Positions 60,322-64,000 of a DNA stretch of 64,000 nucleotides are shown piece after piece. Position numbers and translations under genes: made by a program. Every line of letters begins with the position of its first letter. Position 1 is the first letter of the stretch. The notes beneath the pieces were generated by a model. That model had not been told where the DNA came from and did no database searches. It saw only the letters and a program-made list of their open reading frames with translations. Source of the stretch: Candidatus Sumerlaeaceae bacterium (lineage in GTDB: Bacteria > Sumerlaeota > Sumerlaeia > Sumerlaeales > Sumerlaeaceae); NCBI GenBank assembly GCA_051003195.1, contig JBPCLP010000041.1:12494-76493 (forward strand). The letters are read 5' to 3'.

Positions 60322-61773
60322 TCACTTCACCGGCGACGGTTCTGCCTCGAACTCCACGGTTCGGGTTGCAGTGACAGCAAAGGTGAGGGTGATCGTAGTT
60401 CCCGCAGGCGGGGTCCAGAGCCCGAAAGCTTTCCGCCGGCGTGTCGGTCCGGCACTGGTGGCGATATAATCATAAGTGTCTCCAGGAATCATCCCGACCG
60501 GCTGCGAAGTAGCCTGGGCGACAGCGCTGGTGAGCATCGCATGATGGCCACGCCGTTCTTCCAGCCCCAGGAATGCGGTGGGATGCGCCACGCTCCAGTT
60601 GCCACCGCCGCCCATCGACTCCTTGTAATTCTCTCCGCAAATGCCCTCGAAGGTAACACTGGTGCCGCCAACGGAAGCGCTTAGTTTTTCCGCGGGAGGC
60701 ATGCCCGCAGGCGGCACGACGGTCGTAACCGTAAGCAGTTCATCAGCCGCAAAGTTGCGTTCCCGGGCCAGATCCAGCGTCACTCTGAAGGGCCCTTCGC
60801 CGGTCCACATCATGGGAGAAAAGCTATAGTAGTAACCGGTGCCGATCCGCAGATCGTTCGCCTGGTTAGTTATGTTGTTATCGAATTCGTTGCCAGCGGG
60901 ATCGCGGAAGTGGGCTTTTACAACGGCCCAGTCGTGTGACGGTTTGCCGTGCAGGTGCATGGTGAGTTCCGCTGCCGTGAAGGCTAATTCGTTCGCCTCC
61001 GCTTTCGGGAAGTTGCCATTGCGACAGTCGGTCTCAAGCCTTGCGTGTGCCGCGGAGGAACGATCACGCTCGTATTCCCATCGCAAATTCCGCACACCCG
61101 TTACCAGCTGTTGCAGCGTGACGGACAGATCACGATCTGCGGCGGTGACAGGCAGTTGCGAGTGTGCGGATACCGCGGCCGAAGGGTCATAGAGCGGGTT
61201 CGCAAAATCAAAACGGGCAATCTCTGCGACCGTGGTTCCGCCAAAGTCCAGCAGTCGGACCTGTAGCTGACGCGAGGACCTGGGAATGGAACCTGTCGCA
61301 AACAGTACAACATCCTGGGCTGTTGGCCGTTCACGTATGGTGGTCCAATCAGCAATGCCGCTGGTAGTTTTCCACCCTCGCCCATCGTTGAACTCCGCCT
61401 GGAATGGGTTCAGCATACCATCTACTGAGGCAAATCCAAACAGGACTACACCGACGCCATCGTTTTTCATCTGATGCCTGACTGGAAGGTTGTTTCTAAA
61501 GCCAAGCATTTCCAGCAAGCCGGTGTTATCGCGCAGAAGCCACGGGCGGTGAAATTCCAGATGTTTTCCGCTTACCACCTCACCCAGCGAGACGCTTACC
61601 TGGGTGGAGCGAATTACCGCGGTCTGACGCTGGGTGCCGCGCAGCCTGACTAACTGCAGTACCACTGGGCCCGCGAGAAGAAACGGCAACACAACCAGCC
61701 CAATCCAAAGCCACGGAATTTGGCGCGGCACGCGGTCGCGAAGGTCCGCATCTGTGGAATTAGCAGGGCTCAT
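60322..61773 (-). CDS. Hypothetical membrane-anchored extracytoplasmic protein
   Basis: One N-terminal TM followed by beta-rich domains; 483 aa. Confidence 0.65.
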   Translation of the reverse strand: MSPANSTDADLRDRVPRQIPWLWIGLVVLPFLLAGPVVLQLVRLRGTQRQTAVIRSTQVSVSLGEVVSGKHLEFHRPWLLRDNTGLLEMLGFRNNLPVRHQMKNDGVGVVLFGFASVDGMLNPFQAEFNDGRGWKTTSGIADWTTIRERPTAQDVVLFATGSIPRSSRQLQVRLLDFGGTTVAEIARFDFANPLYDPSAAVSAHSQLPVTAADRDLSVTLQQLVTGVRNLRWEYERDRSSAAHARLETDCRNGNFPKAEANELAFTAAELTMHLHGKPSHDWAVVKAHFRDPAGNEFDNNITNQANDLRIGTGYYYSFSPMMWTGEGPFRVTLDLARERNFAADELLTVTTVVPPAGMPPAEKLSASVGGTSVTFEGICGENYKESMGGGGNWSVAHPTAFLGLEERRGHHAMLTSAVAQATSQPVGMIPGDTYDYIATSAGPTRRRKAFGLWTPPAGTTITLTFAVTATRTVEFEAEPSPVK

Positions 61774-61874
61774 TTGCGTAAACGGGCAGGGATCCGGATG
61801 AATTACAACTGAAGTTCAGAAATTCGCCGGTTGACCCTTTTCCCGACAGGTTACACGAGTTCTGAGGACAACTA

Positions 61875-61968
61875 CGGGACAACTGCCGATCTCGGCGGCG
61901 TAAGCAAGGTGTTAGCTTTCGTTGAGTTCGCAAAATCTATTTAGTTAGACTCTCGATGTCTGCCAGGT
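61875..61968 (+). repeat. 94-bp direct repeat, left copy
   Basis: Identical to 63664-63757. Confidence 0.9.
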
Positions 61969-62164
61969 CCCTATCCTTGTTCATTAACCTGTCACCAGGT
62001 TTCCAGCGTCCACAATCGGAATACTAAAGTCGCCGTGTTTATCAATTTTGTCTTTGTACCAAGCGGTCGAGCCAAGGCGCTAGTCCATCGGCGAATAGAG
62101 CGACACCTGTCGGGCTATGTTGCAGAAGAATTCGGTTTTTAAACGCCCCTTCCTGGAAGATCCC

Positions 62165-63568
62165 ATGAGAGTCCTATTGTTAGTTGCTGTGATTTCGTAT
62201 GCTGTGCCGGCGGTTGCCCAGTGGTCGAATGATCCGCTGGTGAACACCGCGATATCGACGGCGACGGGGACGCAGCTGACGCCGATGCTGACGGGCGACG
62301 GTGCGGGCGGCGCGATCATTGTGTGGGAGGATAATCGCGGTGGGGGTAACCCGGGGATTTACGCGCAGAGGGTCTCGAGTACTGGCCAGGTGCAGTGGGC
62401 GGCTAATGGCGTGGGTATTTCCGCCCCGTCGCCTATCCAGGAGGAGCCGGCGATTGTGAGCGACGGCAGCGGCGGGGCGCTGATTTTCTGGTGTGACGAT
62501 CATGGGACGGGTTCGGGCCGCGATATTTACGCGCAGCGGGTGAATGGTTCGGGTGTGCTGCAGTGGGCTGGAGCCGGGGTTGCTGTTGGTGTGGCTACGA
62601 ACACTCAGCAGACCCCGGTGGCGGTGCCGGATGGTTCGGGAGGTGCGGTGGTGGTGTGGAAGGACTTCCGCAGCGGCGGCACGGCTCATCTATACGCGCA
62701 GCGGGTATCGGGTGCGGGAGCTTTGTTGTGGGCGGGTGGTACAAGCGGCGTGGCGGTGCATACGGCGAGTGACGTGCTGCTGTGGATGGGCTCGACGGAC
62801 GGGGCAGGCGGCATGCTGCTGGCATGGGAAGATGTGAGAAACGGTAACTTTGACGCTTATGCTCAGCGTATCAAAGTGGACGGGACGCTGGGTTGGGCTG
62901 CAGGGGGCGTGCCGGCGGTGAGTGTTGCGGGGGATCAGCGCGACCCGGTCGTGGTGACGGATGGTGCCGGCGGGGCGTTCGTCGCGTGGCAGGATTACGC
63001 AGGCAGCTTTGCGTATTATGCGCAGCGGCTGAGCGGGGCGAGTGGCGCGCAACTATGGGCGTCGACGAATGGACTGAGGATTTCGCGGGTGAATTCTTCG
63101 TGCGAGAGTTTGGCGGCGGACGGCACCGGGCGATTCTATGCGGCGCTCCAGGATAACTCGGTCGATGGCGATGTGTACGCGAATCTGGTCGATTCTTCAG
63201 GAAACCTTCAGTGGAACAGCTACACGGGCAGCACGATTTCGAATGCGGCCAGCTACCAGTACTGGCCGACGGTGGTCGCGGACGGCACGGGCGCGATTTT
63301 TCTGTGGATGGATTACCGCAACGGCCTGCAGAACGTGGATATATATGGTCAGCGCGTGAATGCGTCGGGGACGCCACTGCTTACGGCCAATGGAGTTGCT
63401 CTTTCCACTGCCGCCAGCAAGCAGGAATTCCCCGAGATGGTTCTGACCGCGCCAGGCACGGTGATTTTGACGTGGGCAGATCAACGCGTAAGCTCCACCG
63501 ATGTGCAGGTTTATGCAACGCAGTTTGTTGCGGGGGTAAGTGGGGTTCAGGACTGGGCGCTGTTTTAA
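62165..63568 (+). CDS. Secreted repeat (probable beta-propeller) protein with C-terminal VQDWALF tail
   Basis: Signal peptide; about 7 repeats of DG.GGA.I.W.D.R....IYAQRV...G...W. Confidence 0.85.
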   Translation: MRVLLLVAVISYAVPAVAQWSNDPLVNTAISTATGTQLTPMLTGDGAGGAIIVWEDNRGGGNPGIYAQRVSSTGQVQWAANGVGISAPSPIQEEPAIVSDGSGGALIFWCDDHGTGSGRDIYAQRVNGSGVLQWAGAGVAVGVATNTQQTPVAVPDGSGGAVVVWKDFRSGGTAHLYAQRVSGAGALLWAGGTSGVAVHTASDVLLWMGSTDGAGGMLLAWEDVRNGNFDAYAQRIKVDGTLGWAAGGVPAVSVAGDQRDPVVVTDGAGGAFVAWQDYAGSFAYYAQRLSGASGAQLWASTNGLRISRVNSSCESLAADGTGRFYAALQDNSVDGDVYANLVDSSGNLQWNSYTGSTISNAASYQYWPTVVADGTGAIFLWMDYRNGLQNVDIYGQRVNASGTPLLTANGVALSTAASKQEFPEMVLTAPGTVILTWADQRVSSTDVQVYATQFVAGVSGVQDWALF

Positions 63569-63663
63569 TAACGCCGGGCGGGTGACGGTATTGGTGCAGC
63601 TGCAATCCTGCTAACGGATTTGGCCGATGATTAACGTATCCGCCATCTGGCCGCCGGCAACTC

Positions 63664-63757
63664 CGGGACAACTGCCGATCTCGGCGGCGTAAGCAAGGTG
63701 TTAGCTTTCGTTGAGTTCGCAAAATCTATTTAGTTAGACTCTCGATGTCTGCCAGGT
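63664..63757 (+). repeat. 94-bp direct repeat, right copy
   Basis: Identical to 61875-61968. Confidence 0.9.
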
Positions 63758-63880
63758 GCCTCAACCTACCAGATGCGCGCTTGTTCTTTAGTAGATCTGG
63801 TTTGCTGACGTAATTTGCAGCACCCGACCCAAAGACGCCACGCACCTGAAAGCGGGCATTTTCGGGTAGCTTAAGGAAAA

Positions 63881-63898
63881 GCGAAAGCAAGCTTTCGC
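63881..63898. repeat. REP-like palindrome GCGAAAGC-AA-GCTTTCGC
   Basis: Perfect 8-bp inverted repeat in non-coding DNA. Confidence 0.4.
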
Positions 63899-64000
63899 AC
63901 TTGTACGTAGGGTGCGTGGAACATTTCGAGCGTGGGTGTGGACATATACGAGTAGTCGTCGGTGGGGGGTGCAGGGGGGTGCTCCTCGGTCTGTGGATTG

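Noticed and set aside
61875..63757. Direct repeats as a DGR template/variable repeat pair
   Set aside because: Copies are identical and non-coding, with no adenine-specific differences and no reverse transcriptase gene

Overview
A moderately GC-rich bacterial chromosomal window with about 50 supportable CDSs. No rRNA, tRNA, CRISPR array, integrase or intact transposase was recognised. 1-47.5 kb is mostly core or housekeeping: cinA; a five-gene signalling run (GAF-PP2C phosphatase, STAS protein, RsbW-like kinase, histidine kinase, TPR Ser/Thr kinase); a MoxR/DUF58/DUF4129 module; amino-sugar genes (GH20, NagB-like, PIG-L deacetylase, BadF-type kinase, anmK); peptidoglycan peptidases; a sigma54 response regulator; pcm, galT, citrate synthase, aroQ and eno. 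47.5-64 kb looks accessory and eroded: a phosphofructokinase-like 3' remnant, an internally deleted alpha/beta hydrolase, a minor-pilin triad, group II intron domain V/VI remnants, a GH127-family gene, a PIN toxin-antitoxin pair, and a secreted repeat protein between identical 94-bp direct repeats. The clearest non-coding signal is a family of 99-100 bp CTAG-flanked MITE-like elements (six short and two longer copies), three of which sit exactly on TAG stop codons. The C-terminal 'VQDWALF' tail, the Thr/Ser motifs in exported proteins and the gene content suggest Candidatus Sumerlaeota (BRC1); this is an inference from memory, not verified. All product calls come from motif recognition by eye, with no database search.
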